Shown: positions 17,848 through 37,100 of the stretch, one piece after another
Layout: the number at the start of each line of letters is the position of its first letter
How positions within the stretch are numbered: position 1 is the stretch's first letter
The notes under the pieces: generated by a model
Databases searched by the model: none
Told to the model about the DNA's origin: nothing
Seen by the model: only the letters and a program-made list of their open reading frames with translations
DNA from: Macrostomum lignano
Taxonomy: Eukaryota
Direction: 5' to 3'
Length of the DNA stretch: 64,000 nucleotides
Assembly: GCA_002269645.1 (NCBI GenBank)
Contig: NIVC01000522.1
Coordinates: forward strand, 372,001-436,000
Made by a program: the position numbers and the translations under genes

Positions 17848-20800
17848 AGTTGCTGACGGGGGCGCAACGTAGTGTAGTACAGTCTGCAGTTTTAGAACTT
17901 GACCTTTGTATGCGGCGATGGAGTAAGCGGTTCTTGAGAGTAAGTTAAAACTGTAAGTCGCTCATCGCCAATTTTGAAGGCAGCGCGTAGCAGGCTGTCG
18001 TAAGACACTTAGGCATGCAGCTCGATCACGTTTTACCAGATCGGTCTTTGCGGTGACGGCGCGTCGTTTTGAAGTAGTTGAACCATTATGAGAAAAAATT
18101 AAAAGTTTATTTAAAAGAGAGTAAAAAATCCTGCTGAAGATATGGTTACGAAATCATTTAATCAATTTTATTGCTGATTGCACACAAGCTGATTTACACA
18201 TGTATGTACTTGCATTTAAATTTCGTTAACAACGATAAAAGACTGCGCCAGCTGTTTGACGTACAGTCGTAGCGCGCACGTTTTCAAATTTATCGTGTCG
18301 ACCGTCTGGGTCGTTCTCAAAGCTAGGTCACAGCTTTTTGTTATTGCAAAAAAAGTTTATACATCGACCAATAATCGTACAAAAAAAATTCTTTTGACAA
18401 TTTCTGTAAGAAGCTGCTACTAAAACCACAAGAAAACTTGAAATTGAGAAGAAATCAAGGCTATTTGTTATTCTTTGTTGCGGAAAATAAACGACAAAAA
18501 TATTAAAGAGAAAATAAAATTTTCTTCCATTTTTATTTTAAATATGCAGTTAAATTTCTTTTGCAAAAATAAAAGAACAAGAAATTGACAAAGGAAATGT
18601 TTTTGAGCACAGCATTTTGTTACTCTGCTCCAAATCCCAGACATTTAAAATTATCGTGTGCGAAAAAGTGCGAAATTATTATAGCATGCACTCGAAAGAA
18701 CTTCGATCAGTTTAACTAATCACTGAATTGAGAAGTCTAAATAAGTCTTGAAAGGTTGAATTAAAAATCAAGTTTTCACTATGTATCTTTTCAAAGGCAA
18801 GATGATTCGACAAATAAAGAATGTTCATTTTTACCTTGAATAGAATTGTTCATTTTTACTTTAAATATAATAAAATCTAACTAATAATAGAAAAAGTCAG
18901 GGAACACCAAAAAGCACATTGTGGATTTAATATCGACTGCATGTTCCTTAATAAAGGAATTCAGATACTAGTATATATTTGATTATTTGTAGCATAATTT
19001 CTGAAAACTATAACTTGCTTGATTTTACTTTAAGTACTCATTACATTAATACTTATACCAAAGCTACATGTACTTAAAATAAAAAATCATAGTTACTTAT
19101 TAGACATTTTACTCCAATTAACCTAAAATAATTCAAATTTATTTTAATTAATTCATTTTTTGAAACTTTTTGGAAAATAGACAAAATTGAATTATTTAAA
19201 TACCAAAAACCTACTAGCTTAACTAAAATAGCAATTAGTCTTTAAGAAAAGATTTCACTTGTTAATTGAGAAAAATGAGGATGTGCGAGGTGTAAAAATG
19301 CGAAAGAGCATGCAGGAAACAGAGACAAACAAAAATGTAGGTAAAAGACACTGCACATGCACATAATATGATAACCAGACATAATGCGCACACTGAAACA
19401 CCAGTAGCAATGACGCCCAAGCTTTTGATGATCACAAGCGAAAAGGCAAAACCCAGCCATCAATCAAAGAAGTAGACTATAGCACACATCTTGAGTGCAT
19501 CACGCATTTTTTGCAGAGAAGCTCGAAAATTAACATTGTATTCTGTGCACAACCACCAACTGCGACAGGGTCTGCCGGGGGATTTGTGGGCACGCGGTCG
19601 CGGATACAAATCGGAGGAGTCGCTGACCATTCTGAAATTACTAGCTAGTACATGTAATTTTGTGTATTAATATATTTAGCCCGCTTTATTTCTATGCTCT
19701 CGTCTGCCTCTCGTTAATGCATCCCCAGACTCATGCAATAATCAAACTTATGATCGAACTATGCATGGCTTCCGTCCCTCGCTTTGAATCTCTCACCTCC
19801 CCATAGTTCCATCAACCTTACCGTAGTGGCTTCCTATGCAAAAATCATCCCTCCGCATCTTACACAGGCTACTTCAGGCTGTAGACTGTACTACACTATT
19901 AATTAGTTGCGCTAAGGAATCTACATGTATTTGCTCGCAGCGCAGCGCGCTGCTCAAAGAAGTTTAGATCTGTCTAGATATTCTAGTAATTTCAGGTTTG
20001 TCCATAGACTAGAGCTCATGAGATGAGAATTCCATTAACTAGTACGTTTAATGTGAATGAACTGCGTGTGTGTGTGCTGTGCATACATATGTATAATATA
20101 CGAGTAGTTTATGGGCCAAATTATTGTGTGGCACAATTCTTGGCATCACTCAGCAGGCACAAGATGCAGTTAAGCAGCGCACGAAAATTCTACAAAAGAA
20201 ATTGAGCCTGGTTGAGGTGATGCGAGGAGGCAGATCCACACAATCTCAGTGAATACACCAGACTGCACCAGATACGAGTCCAGTCGAATGTGCGCACTGG
20301 TCTAAGCAGCACACGCATGTCCTCCTGACAATGACGGCACCTAGCTTCGTCCAAGCCTTTGCCAGCGTCACTGACAGCGTCAATACTACCATGCAGTGCC
20401 ACCTGCAGCACCGACAACGGCAATTCCTCCAGTTAGCCCACAACAGTGGCTAAACTGAGGGACAGGGAACCTACCCGCAGAAGACACACACATACACACA
20501 CAGCACCGGCAGCAGCACTCTGACAGCATAACCTAAAGCTCCATGAGCTCAGTTTTCAAGCATTGAAGAAGCAGAAGCAGTCATCTTGAATCCAGGGATC
20601 AGGAAGAGTGTTGCATGTCCGACATGTGCTGTTTCCGTGGCAAAAGGTGATGGAGCAAATTAATCAACACTTACTATCTAGCTCGTATTAAGACTAAAAA
20701 ACTGAGGCAAGCTGGGATTAAACCAAAGAAAATTTTTTACTATACTTTTTTACCATATACTTTTACTATACTTTTATAGTATAGTAGAGAGGTACTCTAT

Positions 20801-23217
20801 TTAAATGCAGTAAGAAGTGAAACAAATTTATATATTTAATTATTAAATTAAATTAATTCAAGGTAAATAACTAATTTAACCAATTTATTAGGAGTATTTA
20901 TTATTATAATAAATTGATTTTTATACCTTACACGAAATATGCTCTACATTCATTTCTTAGCTTGGGGCCCATCTGTATAAGGTCAGTTTCTTCAAAATGC
21001 TGATTAATTAATTAAGGCCTGTTGTCTTTACTTAAATTTATAAGGGCATCTTAGAAGTTAAGATTACTATATAATACATGTATAATATTATTACTATATT
21101 ATAATGATATAGTTGCAATTTTAATGACTATTGAATAAGTCTAAATGCTTCCCTATTGACTTTAAATATATGGTATCTTTCCCTTCAGAAAAAATTAGCA
21201 TAGAATGACTTGATGAAAACAAAAAAAAATCATTTCGAGATACACATTTGCTGATCATTCAGGTCAAATTTCAAGGTCCAGTTTTGCACATGTTTCTCTG
21301 TAGCTTGGTTACAAGGATTCTAATAAAAATATAATAAATATGTCCAATGAACTAACTGATACATAGCCAAATTGAAGTATTTTCAAAAACAAAAAAAATC
21401 ATTTGCTCAGTTTACTTTACTCGATATCTGTGTAAACTTTCAGCTCAAAAGGTGCTCCATGGAGAATGCTAGTGTGGTTACAGGATATTTATTTTGTGCT
21501 TCAAAGTAGGAGTTTATTGCGATGCATGGTTGCTTTTAATTATTTTTATCAACAATAGTACTCTATTTCATAACAATTTTTACAAAAAGATAATAAGACA
21601 TGTTTTTCTAATTATCTGCATCAAAATGTATCATTTTAAGCGCACATTCTAGACGTCAGCTGAAAAATACATTTTGTGAAATGAGAAGAGGCTATCCCAC
21701 CGGAAATGCTAGGCGTACAGTTAAGCGTCTATAAAATCATTTATAGTGCAGTTTATTAAGCTTTAAAAAAAATCTTAAATTAAATTTATATAAGCTTTCA
21801 TTTTAAATGTAATATAGCAAGTTTTCAACACAACAACAACTTTTTTTAGCTACAGACATCATAGTGTCAAAAATTAGGACATCGGTGAAGTGATTGAATT
21901 TGAATTTTTTCATCACCTAATATCGCCTAATACCGCAAGACAACTTAAAACACTTTTGCAACATAAATTTCAACCTAAAAATTATCTTTATTCACAGATG
22001 AAAGTGTCCTATTATTTTCAATACGGCAGTAACAATAGTAAATGTTCCGAAAATTGTTAAAATTTTTGCTCCTCCCAGAATTTGAGAACGACCCGTCCAT
22101 CGGACCTGAACTGCGCGCGAGTTGGCTGTATCATGGTGGTAGGAGGCACTATTTTCTTTTGAAAGATTAATAAACTTTCTTTGTTTTGAAGATATGTTTT
22201 CGTCCTAATCTTGTGATTATTCATAGCATTTAACTTTGGCCTTAATAAACATGATTTTTTCAATATGGTACTTTTTTTCATGTTTGAGACTAAAGTTGAA
22301 AGTCTTGCTTTTGGAAAAATGTTCTTTATATCAGAAACCATGCTAATTATACCAAGTATCCTCCAGAAACTGAAAAGCACTAGAAAATATACAATACTGC
22401 TCATATTTTATGTTTAATAAATTATATTCCATTTTGTACAAAATTTGTTCATTTTGTTCATAAATACTTTTGTCATTAATTAGTAATTACAATCCAAAAC
22501 CTAATGTGAGCATACAGCTAAAATGTATACTACATGCATTTTAATTAATTATCTGTTTATACATGATATTTTTATACATAGATTTCATTTAAAAATGAGT
22601 ATGTATTAGGGATATTACATACTAGCTAAATGCATGAGTTTAATTACTAATACACAATAGATGTGTCACTAATTGATATCAGGACTTAATTTAGCCTAAC
22701 ACTTTAGCCATTATATACAAAAGTTTTATTTATAATAAAATACAACCTTGCAGTTTATCTACATGTACTATGTTTAATTACTATTATCTAGAGCATTTTT
22801 GTTCCAAATTATACCACAGGTATATCATACAAAAATTTCAACATTGTCATTTGTATATTGTTTGTTCCAATTTAGATTAATCAATTTTAAGACCCATCTT
22901 CTGACAACATCTTTTACTTAGTCAGCTTTGATTAATAAATAGAAAATGAAGTTTTGATGAGGTTTTTAATCTAATTAACAGTATTAAACATTATTTATAA
23001 CATTTTAAACATTATTAATATTATTAACATTATCTAAAAATTTTGATTTGTCTAACAAACTAAGTACTTTATTAAAACAATTAAATGATTTTCTTACTTA
23101 CATGCTTATAAAATATTTTTCTATAGCATTGTACTCTTCTATTGTCAGTAGACATGTAAGAGAAATAACACAGTTTTTATAAATGCTCCTGTGCAAAATC
23201 TAGCTGGTTGTGCAAAA

Positions 23218-27111
<3,894 letters not shown>

Positions 27112-28124
27112 TCTGTATAACATGTTATAAATAACATGTATAAAATCAATCAGATTTTTATTGCGAACTACACTACTAGTAGTAGAGCTATATGGAAAGT
27201 TTACTAAAACTGGTGTTTTCTGGTTTTTTGGAATTAATTTCATTACATCTAATCTAATTAATTTTCTCATTGCATTTTAGTTACCATTAACACACGGCTT
27301 ACACAATTTGTGCACACTCCGTGTGTACACTAATTTCTTTATACTTTCTTACTTTATCATATTTATTTGGCAATTGTAAGCTGTTTAATTCACCGTATGC
27401 AAATAAATCGCACGATCTTCCTTTTACTTTTTACAGATCTGGAAGGCCTCCTGTTTTAAGCTTGATTTTTTGCCCTGTACACTAGACTACTTATTGCATA
27501 TATTCAGTAGTATGTTTGGATAAAGAACATTATTTAAAGCATTGCTAGTTGGTTTCCATAGAAAATGATATTATATAAAGTAGAGATTATTTCTCTTTAG
27601 CTTGGTTAAAAATAAATATTATTTATTTAGATCTTTGGAACTGATAGCAGTTTAACAAAAGAAATATATTTATTGTGTCTGCACTATAGCTGACTGATAA
27701 GGACTGATTAGTAGAAGCGATATAAATAAGTATTGCACAGCTATAAATATTATTTCTTAAACTCAATGTCATGTGGAGTTTCGGCTTTAAAGTGAAATTT
27801 CAACAAGAAAAAATCTTCAAAAAATATTGCAGCAAATTGTCGTCGACAAAAAAACAAAATCACAGCTACCATTAGCAGTTGAAAATAATTAGATAAAGAA
27901 AAGCCATAAAGTACAGCAAATTAATAAATGTAATTATAACTTTGATAATTATAGATAGATTGCAGGTAACTTATGACTGTTCAGCAGATAAAGGGGTATT
28001 GCGGTTAAAACTTCAGATGTGACAAGTCTTATAAAAATTTAATTTAGTCATGCGAGTTGCCAACCAAACGGATTGCTACTGGTCAGTTAAACTCTAAAAA
28101 AAAACAAACAACTTTCCTGTGTGA

Positions 28125-31100
28125 TTAAGCACTGGCGCTCTCTTCCAACAGCTTCTCCGTCTGCTCTTGTTGGGCCATTTTACGCGCCTTGCGCGACTTT
28201 CTCGCTGCCAGTTTTTCCTGGAAAGTTATAGTTAATTTAAATTAGCGCCAAAAATTTACTCGTATTTGACGATATTCATAGTTTACGGAAGCGATTCAAC
28301 ATTGTTATCATAAAAATTTATCGAGACTTATCATTTTGTATAAAACATGACAAAATAAATTATCTTTACCTGCAGCCCCTGCTCCACGCGGGCCCTGTTG
28401 ACATCCTGGGCGCGTTGAAATTCCTCCATGTCGATCTCGTATTGCTTCTTGATTGAGTCGATGTCGCCTGTTGGAGATTAAGGGAACTATATTTAGAACT
28501 GACAGTTATTTAATCTGGGTAAAATTTCATCCAAAAAGACGAAAAATTATTGAACAAAACATTACTCTACGGAAGTAAAAAATTCCCATTGCGAAAAGTA
28601 CATGCATGGTAAAGTGCACAGAATTCTTCGGTGAGACAGAGAATCAAAGCAAACGGACGAGAATACAGGGGAATTCCTTAGTCAGACAGAGAATATCAGT
28701 ATACTAAATCAAACAAAACAGGGAAAAAATTTCAAGTCCAACTGATCGAGAATTCCCGGTTCAAACAGAGTAGAATTTCCAGGTGAAAGAGAAGAACGTA
28801 CTCCCCAGTCAAACGGAGGAGAATTCCCCAGTCAAACGGAGTAGAATTCCTCAGTCAAACGGAAGAGAACTCCCCAGTCAAACGGAGTAGATTTCGTGAG
28901 TCAAACGGAATAAGAATTCCCCAGTCAAACGGAGTAGAATTCCTCAGTCAAACGGAGTAAAATTCCCCAGTCAAACGAAGTGAATTCCCCAGTCAAACGG
29001 AGGAGAATTCGTCAGTCAAACGGAGTAGAATTCCCCAGTCAAATGGAGTAGAATTCCCCAGTCAAACGGAGCAAAATTCCCCAGTCAAACGGAGGTGAAT
29101 TCCCCAGTCAAACGGAGGAGAATTCGTCAGTCAAACGGAGTAGAATTCCCCAGTCAAATGGAGTAGAATTCCCCAGTCAAACGGAGCAAAATTCCCCAGT
29201 CAAACGGAGGTGAATTCCCCAGTCAAACGGAGGTGAATTCCCCAGTCAAACGGAGCAGAATTCCCCAGTCAAACGGAGCAAAATTCCCCAGTCAAACGGA
29301 GGTGAATTCCCCAGTCAAACGGAGCAGAATTCCCCAGTCAAACGGAGGTGAATTCCCCAGTCAAACGGAGTAGAATTCTCCAGTCAAACGGAGTAGAATT
29401 CCGTAGTCAAACGGAGTAGAATTCCCCAGTCAAACGGAGCAGAATTTCCCAGTCAAACAGTGTAGAATTCCCCAGTCAAACGGAGTAGAATTCCCTAGTC
29501 AAACGGAGTAGAATTCCCCAGTCAAACGGAGCAGAATTTCCCAGTCAAACAGTGTAGAATTCCCCAGTCAAACGGAGTAATTTTCTCCAGTCAAACGGAG
29601 TAATTTTCTCCAGTCAAACGGAGCAGAATTCCCCAGTCAAACGGAGCAGAATTCCCCAGTCAAACGGAGCAGAATTCCCCAGTCAAACGGAGCAGAATTC
29701 CCCAGTCAAACGGAGCAGAATTCCCCAGTCAAACGGTGGACCACTGTAAAATGCAATATCAAAGCCCCCGCACCAAACAGCTGGTCCTCGCTGGGCGGTG
29801 GCGCCAGCTCCTTCAGCGGCACCGCCTCAACCTTCGGCGCTTTTTCGTCGGCATCAGCGGACTTCGAGTCGCCATCCGCAGCAGCCGCGGCTGCTTCAAC
29901 AGCGGCCTCCTGTTCCTTGGACTGTTGGACTTTCTCTGGTTGAACAATCTTCACATTCTCCAGCTGCTTTTTCAGCTCCTCCTCGTTGACCTTGGACAGC
30001 TGCTCTTGCAGACGCCTGGCATCCGTGAGATTCCCGTCTGCGTGGGTGTGAAATAATTCAATTTAAATAAAACAGTCTCTTATATTTTGTTTAAATTATT
30101 CTACTAAGAAGCGTACAAACTACTAACTAAAATTTCATCGTTAGTAGTATACACTCCAACAATCTATTGTATTTTAGGATTGGAAACAAAAATTATAATA
30201 ATACATTTTTTCAACGAAAAGATCAAGATTTCGAGCAAATTAAAATGCTCTTTCACTAATTTTTTGTTCAGTAGGCTGTATTGTACATGGGATCAATATA
30301 GATATAGTTTATAATTAACAGGCTCCAATTCATACATTCCAAGAACAAAAGTAGCCAAATTTTATTTCTAGATATAGAAACACTTTGTTAGGTGTACTAA
30401 AAAATCGCGAAAAAAAATCGTAAAACAGATCACATTTGGATAATTTATTGTTTCAAAGCTATAATTATGATTTAATAGTCAGGCATAGCTGGGTTATAGC
30501 TGTCACAGCTCTTGCTCTGTATTAAGCTACATATAATTTTGCCCTAATTCCTAACAGCTTTGCTGGGCCACACGCAGCAGCAGCAGAAGCTGTTGTCAAT
30601 GGCAACCAATTAGTTGGGCATGAGTTTGGTACAACAATAAAATACTAGACAGGTAGAATTGATTGCGAAGTGCCTGCCTGAGCAGCTTTGCATATGGGAA
30701 CAATTCAATGTCTGCCGTTAGTTCAGACAGCTTTTAGGGGACAAAAGCCCTTTTCTCGATGCTCTCCCTCCCTTTTTGACTTTACACCAGAGAGAGGAAC
30801 GCAATGCTAGAGCTCTGCATGCTGCTGTGACTTCATGGCAAAGTCGTATTGTTGACACAGTAGGCTTGGCAAATATGTGTGGATATGCATTTAGAACTTG
30901 CGCTGCTGGCGTACTGTATAGTGCAGATTGATTTTAGCCACAGATATGAGATGAAGTCTCATACCTGCCTACCTGCTTCTTGTTATGAAGTTGCTATTGA
31001 TTTAATATGGGAATATGCACTTCAAATTTGAGACATGAATGCCTATTGAATGACAGGAGCTGTGTAGAGTTTGTTACATGTACATCTGGAAGCGGAATTT

Positions 31101-34100
31101 TCTAGAGATCCATTAGAAACCTCTAGAGATAGGCTTTACACCCAGAGATCCATACGACACTCTCTAGATATCTATACGATACCCTCTAGATATCTATAAG
31201 ACAACCTCAAGATATCTATACGATAACGTCTGGATATCTATACGACACCCTCTAGATACCTATACGACACCCTCTAGATATCTATACGATACCCTCTAGA
31301 TATCTATAAGACAACCTCAAGATATCTATACGATAACGTCTGGATATCTATACGACACCCTCTAGATACCTATACGACACCCTCTAGATATCTATACGAT
31401 AACCTCTAGATATATATAAAACACCTTCTAGATACCTATACGACACCTTCTAGATACCTATATGACACCCTCTAGATATCTATACGACGCCCTCTAGATA
31501 TATATAAAGCACCCTCTAGATACCCATACGATACCCTCTAGATATCTATACGACAACCTCTGGATATCTATACGACACCCTCTAGATATCTATACGACAC
31601 CCTCTAGATATCTATACGACACCCTCTAGATATCTATACGACAACCTCTGGATATCTATACAACGCCCTGTAGATATCTATACGACACCCTCTAGATATC
31701 TATACGACACCCTCTAGATATCTATACGACAACCTCTGGATATCTATACAACGCCCTGTAGATATATATAAAACACCCTCTAGATACCTATACGACACCC
31801 TCTAGATATCTATACGAAAACCTCTGGATATCTATACGACACCCTCTAGATATCTATACGACAACCTCTGGATATCTATACGACACCCTCTAGATATCTA
31901 TACGACAACCTCTGGATATCTATACGACACCCTCTAGATATCTATACGACAACCTCTGGATATCTATACGACACCCTCTAGATATCTATACGACAACCTC
32001 TGGATATCTATACGACACCCTCTAGATATCTATACGAAAACCTCTGGATATCTATACGACACCCTCTAGATATCTATACGACACCCTCTAGATATCTATA
32101 CGACACCCTCTAGATATCTATACGACAACCTCTGGATATCTATACAACGCCCTGTAGATATCTATACGACACCCTCTAGATATCTATACGACACCCTCTA
32201 GATATCTATACGACAACCTCTGGATATCTATACAACGCCCTGTAGATATATATAAAACACCCTCTAGATACCTATACGACACCCTCTAGATATCTATACG
32301 ACACCCTCTAGATACCTATACGACACCCTCTAGACATATATAAAACACCCTCTAGATATATATAAAACAACCTCTAGATACCTATACGACACCCTCTAGA
32401 TACCTATACGACACCCTCTAGATACCTATACGACACCCTCTAGATACCTATACGACACCCTCTAGATGCCTATACGACACCCTCTAGATGCCTATACGAC
32501 ACCCTCTAGATATCTATACGAAACCCTCTAAAGATTTGTATGACATTCTCTAGACATCTGTACGACACCCACTACCCTTAGAGATCTGATGCCCCATAGA
32601 CATTCTCTAGATTTCTAGATCTTTAGATTTAAAGAATTCGGTCCTCCCGTCCAGCTGATGGGATCTCGAAAGAACGCTAAATAGTTTAGCGATATCTATC
32701 CATCAAAAATTGCAAACGCAGTGCTTTAATCGGTACTACTAATAGTAAGATGTAGTGTCCCTGTTCGAACTTGCAATAGATGATGCAATCAATTATGCAA
32801 TTAGTTAATTAAATTACAGTGCTACTACTTTGTGTGGCATCAAATACAATTTGTGTACAATGCATGGCTACAGTGTCATAAAATCATAAAAACTTCTATT
32901 TTCTTAGAAATGGGCTGGATCATAGCTAGGTAATTGGAGCGTATATTTGTTATATCGCTAATGCATTTAGCATGCTCTCGAGAAATCGGAATTCTCTATC
33001 GCCAATTTGTCTATGGCAAGATCTACTACAGTTGTCAATGACATTTCTAATTGTTTATAAAAAGATAATTACCGAAAATTGTTTGGCTAATGACAAACCA
33101 GGAATCAATTGGACCAAATCAATAATATTTACCTTTTAATAATTACGTAATTATACGTGCTAAAAGTACACTTTAATATAATATTTACCCTCATCAAGCT
33201 GCAGGTCGGCTGAAAATTATTTAACAAACAATCTCTTTACATTTTTCGTTTCACAATAAATAAAAGAAGTATTTACTTTTATTTTCGATCATAAATTAAA
33301 ACAAAAGAGACAGGCTTGTCTCACCTTCGTCTAAGCCGGCAGCCGCGGCCTCCTCAGCACCGAACAGCTCAACCAGCTTCTCTCGGATGAGGCGCACTCG
33401 TTCGATCCGCAGTTCGCGCTTTTTAGCAAACAGCTCTTCTATGGCCATCCGGAGGTCGCGGTCGATTGTCTTGTCGATGACCTGAAAAAATGTTTAGCGG
33501 ACTTGTTGTAGTTATTCGACTGTTTCGGAACAGACTTTTACCTTCAGAATTGAATAAATACGTCTATTTAAGGTACCTCGCAGCTACGTAGCATTTATCC
33601 TCTATGGCCATGTACAGTCCAGCTTTCCTCTCTACTCATCCATGGCAATGTACACTCCAGCTTTCCTCTCTACACCTCTATGGCAATGTACACTTCAGCT
33701 TTCCTCTCTACCCCTCTATGGCTATGTACACTCCAGCTTTCCTCTCTACCCATCTATGGCAATGTACACTCCAGCTTTCCTCTCTACACCTCTATGGCTA
33801 TGTAAACTTCAGCTTTCCTCTCTACCCATCTATGGCAATGTACACTTCAGCTTTCCTCTCTACCCCTCTATGGTTATGTACACTCCAGCTTTCCTCTCTA
33901 CCCATCTATGGCAATGTACACTTCAGCTTTCCTCTCTACCCCTCTATGGCAATGTACACTCCAGCTTTCCTCTGTACCCCTCTATGGCTATGTACACTCC
34001 AGATTTCCTCTCTACCCCAATATGTATATGTACACTCAAGCTTTCCTCTCTACCCTATGTACAATTTAATAAACGTACAACATCAAACCACTGCAATAGG

Positions 34101-37100
34101 GCGTGAGACCGCTGGAATGTTGACCGGAAAACGTTCATAGCATGCTGATGCCGCTCAGTTGTAGCCATGTCGCCGTAAATGTTGTTGGTAGCTCGCTCCA
34201 ACGTACTCACCTGAATGATAAATTAAATAATTGTTTTTTTTACTAGCAGAATGGGCACACGCATAGATAATTATAAAAATGTTTGGTATAAATGTTGTGC
34301 TTACTTCGTCAGTTTTGCAATAAGGAAAATCGATACCCTTCAGGTAGCCCTGACTGTTGCGCAGATTTGTGCTGGCGGCGATCAGGTAGTTGCGAACTTC
34401 TGTTGCTATGCCGTAGCGCATCTGGCTGTTCCTGAGATGGGTTGTGTTCGATCGGAGGTAATGAATCATGCTGCCATTGAATAATTAATTCATTTCGTTT
34501 AACGTTTTTGAAAGCTCAACTATTCCAGTGCTAATGCATTTAGTCAAGAAGTGCTAAGAAAATATCTTAAATCGAAATTCGGCCTTCAAATAGATTTCAA
34601 TAATCTCGAAGTGCTGCGCCGGTAGAGGTTTGTATTGGTGTCAGTATTACAGCACTGGTGAGTGCATGATATGCATTTCCTTTTCGTGTAAAAGACAGCT
34701 AATTGAAGCTTGCAACGTGATTGAATTGCCGCCATTTTTGTTTTATTGCTTTAACGACAATTCAATGTCGAATTTAAACAAACCAACCATCGACGGAATT
34801 GCAGACTCCTTAAATTTCTGTCCAAGCCGTCAAGGCTGAGCTCCAGCAACTGCTGATCCGGTGTCTGCTCCACTTTTTTGCTGCGATATTGTTTTTGTTT
34901 CATTTGTGAAATTTAAACAAAACAATCCGGAAAGTTCGTTATCAAAACTATTATAAAATTAAAATACACACTTCACGAGGCCAGGCACATAACGGCCAAA
35001 AGTATATGTAATCCGATAGACTTAGTTCCTTTCCAAAAGATTGTAAAAGCAAAAGAAAAAATGCCATATTGCTGGATTTTGATTAAAACGTTCATCATGC
35101 GAGATTTATCGGTAAACCTTTATAGGAAATCTATAACTGCATTTATTCACACAACCTGGCAAGTGTCTCTTTTGATAGGCTTTTGTCTCTGAAAGCGAAT
35201 GGTTGGGATTACAGTTGGCTGCAGGACTCATCAGTTGGGATTTGAGGTGCAGCGTGGTGAAAGTAGTTTGATTCAAGTTTCAAGGAGAGAGAATCAGAAG
35301 GTAGGGAGCGGATGAGAGGGGAGGGAGCGGTCGAGAGGGGAGAGAGCGGATGAGAGGGGAGGGAGCGGATGAGAGGGGAGGGAGCGGATGAGAGGGGAGT
35401 GAGTGGATAAGCGGGGAGGGAGCGGATGAGACGGGAGGGAGTGGATAAGCGGGGAGAGAGCGGATGAGAGGGGAGGGAGCGGATGAGCGGGGAGGGAGCG
35501 GATGAGAGGGGAGAGAGCGGATGAGAGGGGAGAGAGCGGATGAGAGGGGAGGGAGCGGATGAGAGGGGAGGGAGCGGTCGAGAGGGGAGGGAGCGGATAA
35601 GCGGGGAGGGAGCGGATGAGAGGGGAGAGAGCGGATGAGAGGAGATAAGCGGGGAGGGAGCAGATGAGAGGGGATCAGAGGGGAGAAAGTGGATGAGAGG
35701 GGATAGGGGCCAGGGCGGATCATAGGGGAGGGAGCGGATTTAGCGGGGCCTAACTAAACTCTTGAACTATGAACCCAACAGTAAGCAATAGGCTCGCTCA
35801 CACTGCAGGAATGCGGCATATGTAATCCCATCGCTGCACAGCGTAGCCCAGTTGAGAGTGAGCATGCTGCACCAGCAGCCTGGCCGCTTGCCAGCGAGCT
35901 TTGGCCGCCGAGATTCGCTGCTGCTTCTCGCACGTGACGTCGTGCTCGCGTTCCAACCGGTATTCCTGGTCGCTGCCGTACTTGCTGTCGAAGATTGTGG
36001 CTGCGAAATTTCACGAAGGTGTACGTTGGAGTGTAAAATAATTAGATTAGCTACTTAAATAATCTCAATGCAGTTAGTTCTTCAAAGGCTATTAAATTAC
36101 AAAAATTAGATATTACTTTTAGCACCCTTCCACCAACCAATCTAACCCACCGACCCTCCACGAGCCAAATTTAATCCACTAACCCCTCCTAGTAAATTTA
36201 GCCCACCACCCCTCTACCAGCCAATTTAGCCCACCACCCCTCCACCAGCCAATTTAGCCCACCACCCCTCCACCAGCCAATTTAGCCCACCACCCCTCCA
36301 CCAGCCAATTTAGCCCACCACCCCTCCACCAGCCAATTTAGCCCACCACCCCTCCACCAGCCAATTTAGCCCACCACCCCTCCACCAGCCAATTTAGCCC
36401 ACCACCCCTCCACCAGCCAATTTAACCCACCATCCCTCCACTAGCAAATTTAGCCCACCACCCCTCCACCAGCCAATTTAGCCCACCACCCCTCTATCAG
36501 CCAATTTAGCCCACCACCCCTCCACTAGCAAATTTAGCCCACCACCCCTCTATCAGCCAATTTAGCCCACCAGCCCTCCATCAGCCAATTTAGCCCACCG
36601 CCCCTCCACCAGCCAATTTAAGTCACCGTCCCTGACAGAGTCAGCTAATTTAATTCACTAACCCCAATCATTTAAGCCAAACATCAACCATTTATAGAGC
36701 GCTCTAGCTCGTACGTTCCTTGCATAATTAACCTCACGAGTCCACGACCAATACTCCCAGTCAATATTCACTAGCTATCGTTCCCATCTCACCCAATATC
36801 TGGTCCTGCTCTTTGTAGAGCTTCTGCAGCTCTTCAGCCTGCATGTGCAGCTCCTTAACTACAACTTTGGCGCTCTCGCGTTGGCTAGAAGCCTCTTCAA
36901 GCTCTTTCTGAGCAACTTCCTGCTTATTCAAAGCGGCAATAAACTCTTCCTGCTCTTTGGATAGACGGGCGTCAAACGAGTTTTGATCGGCGAAGAAGGC
37001 TCGAACGCTCGGCTCCTGCATGTTGTCAACGTCTTTCTTCTCTTTCAGGCTGCAAGAAAATAATTTGGGATAAGCACTCAACTACATAGATCCTGAGTTA

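Noticed and set aside
19279-19370. CARCKN resembling a DM domain start
   Set aside because: Stops follow at once and the His/Cys spacing is not kept in frame.
22076-22140. Possible isolated plus-strand exon (EFENDPSIGPELRASWLYHG)
   Set aside because: Splice sites are plausible but I found no partner exons or homology.
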